Under the pieces are notes generated by a model, which had not been told where the DNA came from, did no database searches, and saw nothing but the letters and a program-made list of their open reading frames with translations. DNA of 64,000 nucleotides from a virus, in the IMG/VR virus record IMGVR_UViG_3300028844_005393, positions 1 to 64,000 of that record. One strand, 5' to 3'. This document shows, in pieces, positions 17,345-26,080 of the stretch (the first letter of the stretch is position 1; the number at the start of each line of letters is the position of its first letter). The position numbers and the translations under genes are program-made.

Positions 17345-19579
17345 ATGTCAAACTCAGCATTCAATATGTCAAAGTGTGGTTCAAGTGGAGGACGAGGTGG
17401 TGCTTGTAATCCAAGTGGTTGGGCCAAAATACAAGACAAAGGTGGAAACGATTTAACAATCGTATCAGATGATAAATTACGATCAGCACTTAGAGAAATC
17501 CACACCGAATATTATGGAGATAATAAAGAAGTAGGCGGTTTGAGTGCGGTTAAAGATCACGTTGACCTTGTGTACGATTGCCCCAAAGTAGGTGATGCGA
17601 TCTTTTACAATCCTGATAAAAAGGGGTGGGACTTGGCATCGGCAGAACTAGATAACTCAAACTACTTTGACACAGAAAGATTAATTGAATCACTTGCAGT
17701 TGTAGAGAAAGTGTTAGTTGAATGTAAGCAAGGGGACACAAGTTCCACAAACCAAAGACATCCAGCACGCGTTGTGTTTTTTGGAAAAATAACATTTTCA
17801 AGCGAAACCACCAAACTACAACCTGGGATCGTATATTACCTGGCAGATACAATTGCTTTATTAAACGAAGCACAAGAAACAAGCAAACAATCCGCAACGG
17901 GTGGTTTAGTTGACACAGGAACCTGGAAACGAGTTGGGTCAAACGTAGTACATTCTAATTATGAACCAACTATAAGTAAACCTGTTTTCGTTGCAACAGG
18001 TGAGCACACCGCAATTGTAACAAATTACAGACCCCTAACAGGATCACCAACGGGAGGTCGTGAACTTTCCGAAGAATATAAAATCAAAGTTGACCCACAT
18101 CTATATACAGAATCGGGTACCGGTAAGATATTGTACACAGGATGGAAAATCAAGGTGGAAAACACAGGTACCGTTACAAGTAGAAATAATCTTGTTGTGG
18201 AAATTGCATACAATAAACTTGAAGGTACTCAAGAAAGAAGAGAGTATTCTGATAAAAATGTTCAACTTCCAACACTCATGGGTTCTGAAATTTATGTTTA
18301 TCATGTGGATATTGGTGTATTGCACAATGAAGCAGAAGCAAATGTAAAAGATGATGATACAATTGTCTCTCACAAAACCGTTGATTTCATTCCAAATCAA
18401 TTTCTCGAAAACACGGGTATCGGTGAAGTTACTGTAAAACTGAAAGTGATGACACAATCAACTGCAAATATTGACTTCAACGATAGATACAATTCACCCG
18501 AAGTTCTGCTTGCTAATCAAGATGAAATGAAAAAGAGTAGAATTGTACCAACCCTTTCGTGGACAGGTAGTTGTGCTGACAATCTTCAAAACGAAAACGA
18601 CATATACGTAAAAGGAAGTACTGTCCTTCCTGCTAACAATGTTAAATACGAAGAAGGTTCTGTATTTGAAATTAAATTGGCAGACTCCCAAATACCGGGA
18701 GTTGGAACAGATAATGTATATAAATTTAAAGTACCAATGCCATATAACATTGGATTTAAAATTGACGCACTCGTTGAAAGTAATGATGGTCAATACACAA
18801 ATGATAGTGAATGGTCACCTGTAACTGGAACATTTAAACTCTCACTTCCAAGCAAGGAAATGATAGAAATAATTCCAGTTACATCGGGTGGACAAACCGT
18901 AGTGGAGAAAACACTAAGAATTTCAGCTGTAACCCTAGACGGAAAATCACTACCATCTACACACTGGGCAAATGAATACTCGGTTGAACTTTTAAAGAAC
19001 AACAGAGTTGCTTGTCTGTCTAATTCATGTTGTATAGATGAATATGAACAATTTATACCAGAAAATTCTGCAAGTATATCAAAGAACATCACCCCAATTC
19101 TTACAAACGGTGACTCAGCACTTATTAACAATAAGAACGGAGCAAGATTTTATAGTAAATCGGTTAATGCTCAGTCATGGCAAGGTTCAAAATCAAGACT
19201 TGCTATATCGTGGAAGAACTTCAGAGAAAACACTGTATTCTGTTACCCACCAGTTGACACCGGAGATGAGGCTGCGTTTATGACAATATATGCTGACGAG
19301 GCACGTGTAATTGAGTCTATTGAGAATCACGAGAAGACAGACAACGAGTCGGCATTCTACGACCCAAGATACACACTCATGGAAATTGGTGCACAAAATA
19401 CATTAAATGGACAACTTGTAAGAGTTACTGTAAATTCCGGATCGAAAGTAGCAAACGCACCTGAAACTTGTTATGTATTCAAGTTCAAAGGTAGTTTACT
19501 TGGTACACACTTTACAATCAAGGAACTTAAACACCTTGACACATCCTTTTCGGGACGAACAATAGTTAAAAAGTCGTAA
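17345..19579 (+). CDS. Virion protein with a decoration-like N-domain and one C-terminal copy of the SWKNFRE domain
   Basis: LQPGIVYYL..TISKPVFVAT..NYRPL is paralogous to 15040; AISWKNFRENTVFCYP...EIGA..LNG..GTHFTIKEL. Confidence 0.65.
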   Translation: MSNSAFNMSKCGSSGGRGGACNPSGWAKIQDKGGNDLTIVSDDKLRSALREIHTEYYGDNKEVGGLSAVKDHVDLVYDCPKVGDAIFYNPDKKGWDLASAELDNSNYFDTERLIESLAVVEKVLVECKQGDTSSTNQRHPARVVFFGKITFSSETTKLQPGIVYYLADTIALLNEAQETSKQSATGGLVDTGTWKRVGSNVVHSNYEPTISKPVFVATGEHTAIVTNYRPLTGSPTGGRELSEEYKIKVDPHLYTESGTGKILYTGWKIKVENTGTVTSRNNLVVEIAYNKLEGTQERREYSDKNVQLPTLMGSEIYVYHVDIGVLHNEAEANVKDDDTIVSHKTVDFIPNQFLENTGIGEVTVKLKVMTQSTANIDFNDRYNSPEVLLANQDEMKKSRIVPTLSWTGSCADNLQNENDIYVKGSTVLPANNVKYEEGSVFEIKLADSQIPGVGTDNVYKFKVPMPYNIGFKIDALVESNDGQYTNDSEWSPVTGTFKLSLPSKEMIEIIPVTSGGQTVVEKTLRISAVTLDGKSLPSTHWANEYSVELLKNNRVACLSNSCCIDEYEQFIPENSASISKNITPILTNGDSALINNKNGARFYSKSVNAQSWQGSKSRLAISWKNFRENTVFCYPPVDTGDEAAFMTIYADEARVIESIENHEKTDNESAFYDPRYTLMEIGAQNTLNGQLVRVTVNSGSKVANAPETCYVFKFKGSLLGTHFTIKELKHLDTSFSGRTIVKKS

Positions 19580-20305
19580 ATGGATATAGGGATTATAATT
19601 CCCATATATAACTTATGCGAATACAGACAACGAAGTCTCGCATTCAATTTACACCATTTGTCTAATTCTAAATTATACAGAAATGTAGTTATAGTTGAAC
19701 AACACAGTCCATCAACCAATTCCTACGACATAATCCAAAGATTTCCAGGTATAGAACACAAGATTTTTCATATAGAATCTGATGTATTTAATAAGTCTGT
19801 ATTATTAAATCGTTATATAAACGATTGTACCTTTTCATATATATGGATGTTAGATGTAGATGTTTATTTAGATGTAGATTATGTAACATCTCAAGTACCA
19901 AGTAATTCACATTTGATTAGACCTTATGAATTTATTCAAAATTTAAATGAAAAAGAATCCGATCATTTGCTAAAAACAACATACATAAAATTTGATGAAG
20001 TCCGAAGGGAAGTAAACAATGCGTTTGGTAAATATAGTTTCATAATCAACACAGATTTAATTAAAAGTATAGGTGGGTATGATGAAGCATACGAAGGGTG
20101 GGGATTTCAAGACCTAGACTTAATGAGCAGATTGCCCAAAGACATAGTGCACGGATACACTAAAAATATTGCATTTCATTTATACCACCCAACTGCTTCA
20201 AGAAAAAAATATAATAAAAACAAAGAATTATTTAACAAAAAAGGAAACTTTAAAAAACTTGTCCCTAGAAAAAAGAAAATACTTGATAAAAATAAAAATA
20301 TATAA
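19580..20305 (+). CDS. GT2/GT7-like (galactosyltransferase C-terminal domain) glycosyltransferase
   Basis: IIIPI, VEQ, FNKSVLLN, LDVD, GGYDEAYEGWGFQD, FHLYH. Confidence 0.85.
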   Translation: MDIGIIIPIYNLCEYRQRSLAFNLHHLSNSKLYRNVVIVEQHSPSTNSYDIIQRFPGIEHKIFHIESDVFNKSVLLNRYINDCTFSYIWMLDVDVYLDVDYVTSQVPSNSHLIRPYEFIQNLNEKESDHLLKTTYIKFDEVRREVNNAFGKYSFIINTDLIKSIGGYDEAYEGWGFQDLDLMSRLPKDIVHGYTKNIAFHLYHPTASRKKYNKNKELFNKKGNFKKLVPRKKKILDKNKNI

Positions 20306-20311
20306 TATAAT
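20283..20311 (+). promoter_or_regulatory. Sigma70-type promoter for the HD gene
   Basis: TTGATA-17 nt-TATAAT, with ATG 8 nt further on. Confidence 0.55.
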
Positions 20312-20319
20312 TTTATATT

Positions 20320-20991
20320 ATGAAAAAATATACCGAATCACAACTAGAAGACAACTACAAGCAATACTTAAAATTTATAGACGACACCTTTACTGGTGAA
20401 CGTAAAGAAAAAATGCTCCATATGTTTGGAACAGATGACGGATGTTTGGGACTACGTGCTTTAATATCTCCTGCGAGTAGCATTGATCGTTTTCACAATG
20501 CTTATGACGGAGGATACATTGACCATGTACTCGGTGTATGTAAAACCGTTCGTGGAGTTAAGGTACTCTTACAAAGCATTGGGGCAAATGTTGATTTTAC
20601 AGATGACGAAATGATGTTCTCTGCGTTTCACCACGATCTAGGAAAACTTGGTTCACTTGACGGAGAACAATATGTTCACAACGAAAGTGAGTGGCATAGA
20701 AAAAATCAAGGAAAACTATACAATATAAACCCAGATATACATTGGATGTCTGTTACGGATAGAAGTGTTTGGTTGCTACAACACTTTGATATTAAAATTA
20801 CCGAGAAAGAATTTTTAGCAATTAAACTTTCAGACGGAATGTACGATGAAGCAAACCCACAATACCTTAAAGCATTTTCAAAGGAGGTTGGACTTAAAAC
20901 AGAATTACCACGAGTGATTCATTGGGCTGACCACATGACCTGCCTTGCAGAAAAATCAAATATGGAAGACATAATGAAGTTTGATCCTTGA
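20320..20991 (+). CDS. HD-domain metal-dependent phosphohydrolase (YhaM-like)
   Basis: PAS...FHNAYDGGYIDHV, HHDLGKLG, IHWAD. Confidence 0.88.
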   Translation: MKKYTESQLEDNYKQYLKFIDDTFTGERKEKMLHMFGTDDGCLGLRALISPASSIDRFHNAYDGGYIDHVLGVCKTVRGVKVLLQSIGANVDFTDDEMMFSAFHHDLGKLGSLDGEQYVHNESEWHRKNQGKLYNINPDIHWMSVTDRSVWLLQHFDIKITEKEFLAIKLSDGMYDEANPQYLKAFSKEVGLKTELPRVIHWADHMTCLAEKSNMEDIMKFDP

Positions 20992-21021
20992 AAAATGAAA
21001 ATATAATAATATTTATCATTA

Positions 21022-21071
21022 GAATAATGCTCATCTGAGGTTATTCAACAAATGCTCAAAACGAGATTTGT
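21022..21071 (+). promoter_or_regulatory. Two tandem bulged-G hairpins in the hsp20 leader (candidate cis-regulatory RNA)
   Basis: GAATAAT-G-CTC-ATCT-GAG-GTTATTC and ACAAAT-G-CTC-AAAAC-GAG-ATTTGT share one architecture. Confidence 0.6.
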
Positions 21072-21092
21072 AACTCAAAAAAGAAAAGTAAA

Positions 21093-21587
21093 ATGAAAAA
21101 GTATCAATATAAGTCCAATGGAACAGGACTAAATAAACACGTTCCAAATATGCGAGACGAATTCTTAACTCCATTTGATTCTCTGTTTGACAAAATGGTA
21201 AATCAAGCATTTCCAAATTTTGGTCAAGAATTTGGAGTTAATTTTTTTGGGAATAGTTCTTACCCACGAGTAAATGTAGCAGACCTAAGAGACGAAGTCT
21301 TGATAGAAGCAGAAATCGCAGGTCTAGGAAAAGATGATGTGTCTGTTGAATACGAAGATGGAATGCTTACCATTTCTGGAGAAAAAAAACCAGAATTAGA
21401 AAATCCTGAAATTAGGTATGTATACAAGGAACTAAAACGTTCATCTTTCAAACGTTCATTTAAAGTAGACGAGTCTACATTGAATGTAGAAAAAATATCT
21501 GCTAAGTTTGATAACGGTATACTAAATGTTAGAATTCCTAAGAAAGAGGTAGTTGAAACTAAAGCAAAAAAAGTAAAAATTTTGTAA
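21093..21587 (+). CDS. hsp20: Small heat-shock protein (Hsp20/alpha-crystallin)
   Basis: YPRVNV, AEIAGL.K.DV, LTISGEK, SFKRSF, AKFDNGILNV.IPK, terminal VKI (IxI). Confidence 0.95.
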   Translation: MKKYQYKSNGTGLNKHVPNMRDEFLTPFDSLFDKMVNQAFPNFGQEFGVNFFGNSSYPRVNVADLRDEVLIEAEIAGLGKDDVSVEYEDGMLTISGEKKPELENPEIRYVYKELKRSSFKRSFKVDESTLNVEKISAKFDNGILNVRIPKKEVVETKAKKVKIL

Positions 21588-21615
21588 AAAAACATTAAAA
21601 ACCCATTATAATTTG

Positions 21616-21645
21616 AGGAGGTAAAGAAATTTACCTCCTTTTTTT
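21616..21645 (+). terminator. Rho-independent terminator after hsp20
   Basis: Perfect 10-bp stem AGGAGGTAAA/TTTACCTCCT, GAAA loop, T-tract. Confidence 0.9.
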
Positions 21646-21711
21646 ATAATTATATTATATTTATATTTGCTAGGGTTTGGAGAATATTTTAAAGAAAGCA
21701 TATATATTATT

Positions 21712-22806
21712 ATGAAGTTATTTACTGCTATAATCGGAGGACTTGCACTTGCAGTAGCAGGTACAGCTGCGTTCTTTTCCGTTAGAGGTATTGGGTTATT
21801 ATTTGCAGGTGCAGCCATTGCAGCCATGGTTATGGCAGGAGTCCTTGAGGCAGGGAAACTTGCAATGACTTCTTTTTTGTATCGTTATTGGGAAAGAATT
21901 CCAAGAATGTTAAAATGGTATTGCACACTTGCAGTTGTAGTTTTGATTGGAATTACCTCATTGGGTATTTATGGATTTTTAAGTGATGCATACGATGACA
22001 CACGATCAAGAGTTGAAATGCACGAAAATAACATAGAAACACTTAATAAAGAAATAGTAGTTATTGAAACCGAAATTGAAACACTTAAAAACACAGATGT
22101 AACGGTAGAAGATAAAAAGACTGAAACGATTGCAGGTTTTCAAAAAATTTATGATGATTTTGTAGCAGACGGAAGAAAAAGACAAGAAGCACTTGCCAAT
22201 AGAAACAAAACCGACACAGAATCAAGGGTACTGCGTAGACAACAACTAATGAATCGCCTTGCAGTATTAGATAAATCAAAAAGTGAATTGGAATCTAAAC
22301 CGGGTGGGTTGTTTAGTAACAACAAAAAGAAAATAGAAGAATTAAGGATAGCACAACAACCTGAAAGAGATTCTATTGCAAAATCACTATTAGCAATAAC
22401 AGAAGAAGAAACTTCCGCAACAAAATCATATAACGATGCTCTTACAAAGATTGATGATCAAATTTCAAGTGAATACGATAAATTTGTGGAAAAAGTAAAT
22501 GGTCTTCGTGATACAACAAACGATTTAGATAATGTAACTATCATAGAAGACAAGTATGATAAAATAAAAGAAAACCAAGCAGAGATATTAAAAGAAAAAG
22601 AAGGAATCCGTGCAACTGATATCGGTAGTTTTCGTTTTATTGCCGAATCATTTGGAATGCCAGTAGACCAAGTTGTAAAGTGGTTTATTATTGTAATTGT
22701 TTTGGTTTTTGATCCAGTTGCAGTTGCACTTGTACTTGCATATAATATCATGGTAGGTGGAAAACTGACTCGTAACGAAGAGTTACCGAAAAAAAAAATT
22801 GGGTAG
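21712..22806 (+). CDS. Membrane protein: three N-terminal TM helices, long coiled coil, C-terminal TM
   Basis: [36 protein letters not shown]; ATG 21712 preferred over TTG 21667. Confidence 0.8.
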   Translation: MKLFTAIIGGLALAVAGTAAFFSVRGIGLLFAGAAIAAMVMAGVLEAGKLAMTSFLYRYWERIPRMLKWYCTLAVVVLIGITSLGIYGFLSDAYDDTRSRVEMHENNIETLNKEIVVIETEIETLKNTDVTVEDKKTETIAGFQKIYDDFVADGRKRQEALANRNKTDTESRVLRRQQLMNRLAVLDKSKSELESKPGGLFSNNKKKIEELRIAQQPERDSIAKSLLAITEEETSATKSYNDALTKIDDQISSEYDKFVEKVNGLRDTTNDLDNVTIIEDKYDKIKENQAEILKEKEGIRATDIGSFRFIAESFGMPVDQVVKWFIIVIVLVFDPVAVALVLAYNIMVGGKLTRNEELPKKKIG

Positions 22807-23537
22807 ATAACCTACCATTTGCCGAAAATTTCCAAGAAGACGGAGATTTTATAGAAGATACCCCAACCCCAACACCAACTCCAAGTCCAGTTGTTTTAGT
22901 ACCAACTCCTACTCCAACACCAACTCCGACGCCGACTCCAACTCCGTATCCAACTCCTACTGAAACACCAAATCCGACTCCAACTCCGTCTCCAACTCCT
23001 ACTGAAACACCCACCCAAACACCAACACCGTCTCCAACTCCTACTCCTACTGAAACACCAACTCCTACTCCAACACCGTCTCCAACTCCTACTCCTACTG
23101 AAACACCAACTCAAACACCAACTCCTACTCCAACGCCGTCTCCAACTCCTACTCCAACGCCGTCTCCAACTCCTACTCCAACGCCGTCTCCCACTGAAAC
23201 ACCTGCCCCAACTCCATCCCCAAATAAACCTAAATTCGTAAGACCAACACCAGTACCAAATCGTCAAAATTTTAATGAAAATGTAATATCAACTCCAATG
23301 TACAATACAGAAGAACCTGAATCAAAAGGACCTTACTATGTTCCTTGGAAAAAAACATCTATGGATTTTTACAATAAAATAAAAGAATCAGACAACGATT
23401 CTCATTACGCAAACACACGATACAAGTCTTTAAACGGGTATATAACAGGAAGTACAATTGGAAATGTTCCTGTAAAAGACACGAAATCTGAGGAAAAGAA
23501 AGATGATAATAGTGCAAATACTGAAGATAATAAATAA
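22776..23537 (+). CDS. Start-less open frame (-1 relative to the upstream gene) encoding a Pro/Thr-rich extension; probable frameshift product
   Basis: Frame is open from 22776 to 23537 with no initiation codon before 23298; its overlap with the upstream ORF contains an A10 run (22789-22798). Confidence 0.75.
   Translation, partial: RRVTEKKNWVDNLPFAENFQEDGDFIEDTPTPTPTPSPVVLVPTPTPTPTPTPTPTPYPTPTETPNPTPTPSPTPTETPTQTPTPSPTPTPTETPTPTPTPSPTPTPTETPTQTPTPTPTPSPTPTPTPSPTPTPTPSPTETPAPTPSPNKPKFVRPTPVPNRQNFNENVISTPMYNTEEPESKGPYYVPWKKTSMDFYNKIKESDNDSHYANTRYKSLNGYITGSTIGNVPVKDTKSEEKKDDNSANTEDNK
22860..23222 (+). repeat. Low-complexity (PT/PS/TE)n coding repeat, about 120 codons
   Basis: CCAACTCCTACT / CCGTCTCCAACT reiterations. 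Confidence 0.95.
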
Positions 23538-23578
23538 TTTAGTTGACAATTATACTATTAACTGAGATATTTAGTCGG

Positions 23579-23863
23579 ATGAATATTGTTCTAAGTCCTT
23601 TAATAGTAGCAACTATCGCACTGATTGGTTTTATAATTATACTATTGTATATAATATATAATTTATATAAAAAAAATACCATATATGAGAACTGGACAGA
23701 GAATACGGTTGACAAGATAAATAATCTACAATCTGATATTAAAAACATAGACGACCGTGGCATTTTTGAAAAAGATGATGAAGTTGGGTCTATATTCGAA
23801 GAAATATCTAATTTGATAAAAGATTTTGATCATGATGTAAAATCAAATAACAAGGAACTATGA
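23579..23863 (+). CDS. Small single-TM membrane protein
   Basis: Hydrophobic N-terminus, then IDDRGIFEKDDEVG; the ORF-track TTG start at 23543 coincides with a TTGACA -35-like box, so ATG 23579 is preferred. Confidence 0.7.
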   Translation: MNIVLSPLIVATIALIGFIIILLYIIYNLYKKNTIYENWTENTVDKINNLQSDIKNIDDRGIFEKDDEVGSIFEEISNLIKDFDHDVKSNNKEL

Positions 23864-24580
23864 GTGGAAACTGGTAAACGTAAACGAAAAAAGAAATCCA
23901 AAATATATTTTGGAAAAGATGCTGAAAACGCAATTATTAAATATAATCAAACTGAATGTGAGGTTGAACGGAATAAAATTTACAACGAGGGTATCTCGTA
24001 TCCATTCGATAAACTTGCAGAAAATATATTAAATACATTTAAATTTTCATATTTTCAATGCAGTCACATCGAAGTTCAACAAGAGGTAGTCAGCAATCTT
24101 GTCAGTAATATCCACAAATATAAACCTGATAACGGAAAGGCCTTTTCATATTTTAGTATAATTGCTAAAAACTTTTTGATTCTATATAACAACGGAAATT
24201 ACAGAAAATTCAAAAAACACGTAAGTGTAGATGATGACGAAACAACAAATGTTGACTTGGAATTGAGTTCTGTACCAACAAACCCCACCAATAAAAAAGA
24301 AATAACAGAGTTTTTTGGTCTAATGATTGATTTTTGGGATAATCATATAGAAAAGATATTTAAGAAAAAGAACGAACTCCAAATTGCGTATGCAGTTCTT
24401 GAGATATTCAGAAACTCAGATAGAATTGAAAACTTTAATAAAAAAGCACTGTATCTTTACATAAGAGAAATGACTAATTGTAAAACTCAAAATATTACAA
24501 AGGTTGTAAATAAAATGAAAGATATGCAAAAAAAGATACAAGTTGAATATAAAGAAACTGGATATGTAAAAAACGATTAG
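23864..24580 (+). CDS. Phage RNA polymerase sigma factor, gp55-like (candidate late sigma)
   Basis: Sigma region-2-like IHKYKPDNGKAFSYFSIIAKN resembles gp55 F.P..S.NPFAYFTQI; C-terminal HTH-like segment. Confidence 0.55.
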   Translation: METGKRKRKKKSKIYFGKDAENAIIKYNQTECEVERNKIYNEGISYPFDKLAENILNTFKFSYFQCSHIEVQQEVVSNLVSNIHKYKPDNGKAFSYFSIIAKNFLILYNNGNYRKFKKHVSVDDDETTNVDLELSSVPTNPTNKKEITEFFGLMIDFWDNHIEKIFKKKNELQIAYAVLEIFRNSDRIENFNKKALYLYIREMTNCKTQNITKVVNKMKDMQKKIQVEYKETGYVKND

Positions 24581-24622
24581 TAGGAAATAATATAAAAAAT
24601 ATGTATATTCATATTTATATTT

Positions 24623-25030
24623 ATGGATACTGATAAAGAAATTTTTGACGGAAAAACATTTGCATCACTTGCAAAGGACATTTATTTTAATTCAACTCGT
24701 AAATCCGCACAAATAGATCAGTTAATCAAGGATTTAAGAACCATGATTAAAGATGCAGGTAGTGCAACGGTAATTGCACCGATGATAAAAGACTATATTG
24801 ATGTATCTGTAAAGAATGACGATCAACTTGTTAAGTTGTCCGCAGTTTTACAAAGATTTCTAGGTGGTTCTTCGTCATCTGAAGATGAAGGAGTTGGTTC
24901 GGGACTTACTGATAGTGAGAAAGAAGAACTTTTGAAAAGTGTAAAAAAAGAGGTGGGTGAGATAACTAAGATTGATACATCCTTAGACACCGATATTACA
25001 AAAATCAAGAAAGAGTCCGATTCACTATAA
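24623..25030 (+). CDS. Hypothetical helical phage protein
   Basis: Clean ORF coupled (TAATG) to the baseplate genes, preceded by ATATTTATA. Confidence 0.7.
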   Translation: MDTDKEIFDGKTFASLAKDIYFNSTRKSAQIDQLIKDLRTMIKDAGSATVIAPMIKDYIDVSVKNDDQLVKLSAVLQRFLGGSSSSEDEGVGSGLTDSEKEELLKSVKKEVGEITKIDTSLDTDITKIKKESDSL

Positions 25031-26079
25031 TGGCACACACCCAAACAAAACTAAATTCAAAGATTCAGAATCTAGAGAAAAAACAAGTATCTACGGTTCG
25101 TGGAGCTGAGTTATCGGGATCAGATTCATCTTTTTTTTATGAACTGGAGGCCGCAATAGTAATTGATGTAATACGAGACGAAACACATCCAATATTTTCA
25201 TCATTAAATCCAGAAGTACCTGTTGTTGAACGTTCAACTTGGCCGGATACATACAACGACCCCAAGATAAAAGATTATTCATGGATAGGTCGTGTAAGAG
25301 TCAGACTTATTAATAGTCAACAAACCACACCTGTAAGCAAACTTGACTGGGTTACTCCACTTGAAAGTGGTGTTTATGAATATCCCCTTGTAAACGAAAT
25401 AGTAATTGTTTCAACATACATGGGCAGACAATATTACACACGACGATTGAACTCAAGAAATTTTATTAATAATTGTGCTGATTTTGCACACGAACATAGA
25501 TACGGTGGACCTGGTGGTATAAATGAAACAAAAAGTCCTGGATCATTAAAAGGTGCAAGAAATTTATCTGATTTATGGCCAGCAACAAATAGATATGCTG
25601 ATCCTGTTGGTAAAACATATTTGGGAAAATACTTTAAAGCAAACAATAAAATAAGACCACTTCGTCACTTCGAGGGTGATACCATAATACAAAGTAGATT
25701 TGGAAGTAGTGTAAGATTTGGTGCTTATGAAAACAATCCATCTGTTGATGTGGGAACTGCAAATGGATACGGAGAATCATATGCAGATAATTTAGGCAAC
25801 CCAATGATTCTAATAAGAAACCGACAAAAAGTCACAAAGAAAGACGAAAAGTGGTTTCAATATAATATTTTAGAAGATGTAAATGAAGACGGTAGTTCTA
25901 TACAAATAACTTCAGGACGAACTGTTTCAAAGTTTGTTCCAACACTTACACACAAATATGACAATGTTCCATACAGAAGACGTGGGTGTGTTCACAAAAC
26001 ATACAACGGTATGGACGGAATCGCAAATAGCAACATAGGAAAACGTAGAGATATAATAGATACACGTTTTAGAAACTAA
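25030..26079 (+). CDS. Baseplate hub/spike, gp5-like N-terminal OB-fold part
   Basis: IGRVRVRL..LDWVTPL..YPLVNEIVIV; EGDTIIQSRFGSSVRFG; upstream of gp25/gp6. Confidence 0.6.
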   Translation: MAHTQTKLNSKIQNLEKKQVSTVRGAELSGSDSSFFYELEAAIVIDVIRDETHPIFSSLNPEVPVVERSTWPDTYNDPKIKDYSWIGRVRVRLINSQQTTPVSKLDWVTPLESGVYEYPLVNEIVIVSTYMGRQYYTRRLNSRNFINNCADFAHEHRYGGPGGINETKSPGSLKGARNLSDLWPATNRYADPVGKTYLGKYFKANNKIRPLRHFEGDTIIQSRFGSSVRFGAYENNPSVDVGTANGYGESYADNLGNPMILIRNRQKVTKKDEKWFQYNILEDVNEDGSSIQITSGRTVSKFVPTLTHKYDNVPYRRRGCVHKTYNGMDGIANSNIGKRRDIIDTRFRN

Positions 26080-26080
26080 G

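Noticed and set aside
22748-23267. Minus-strand (GV)n and (WSRRR)n ORFs
   Set aside because: Antisense shadows of the Pro/Thr repeat.
23298-23537. Stand-alone 79-aa gene
   Set aside because: It is the tail of a frame open from 22776; the clearly coding PT tract upstream would otherwise be unexplained.
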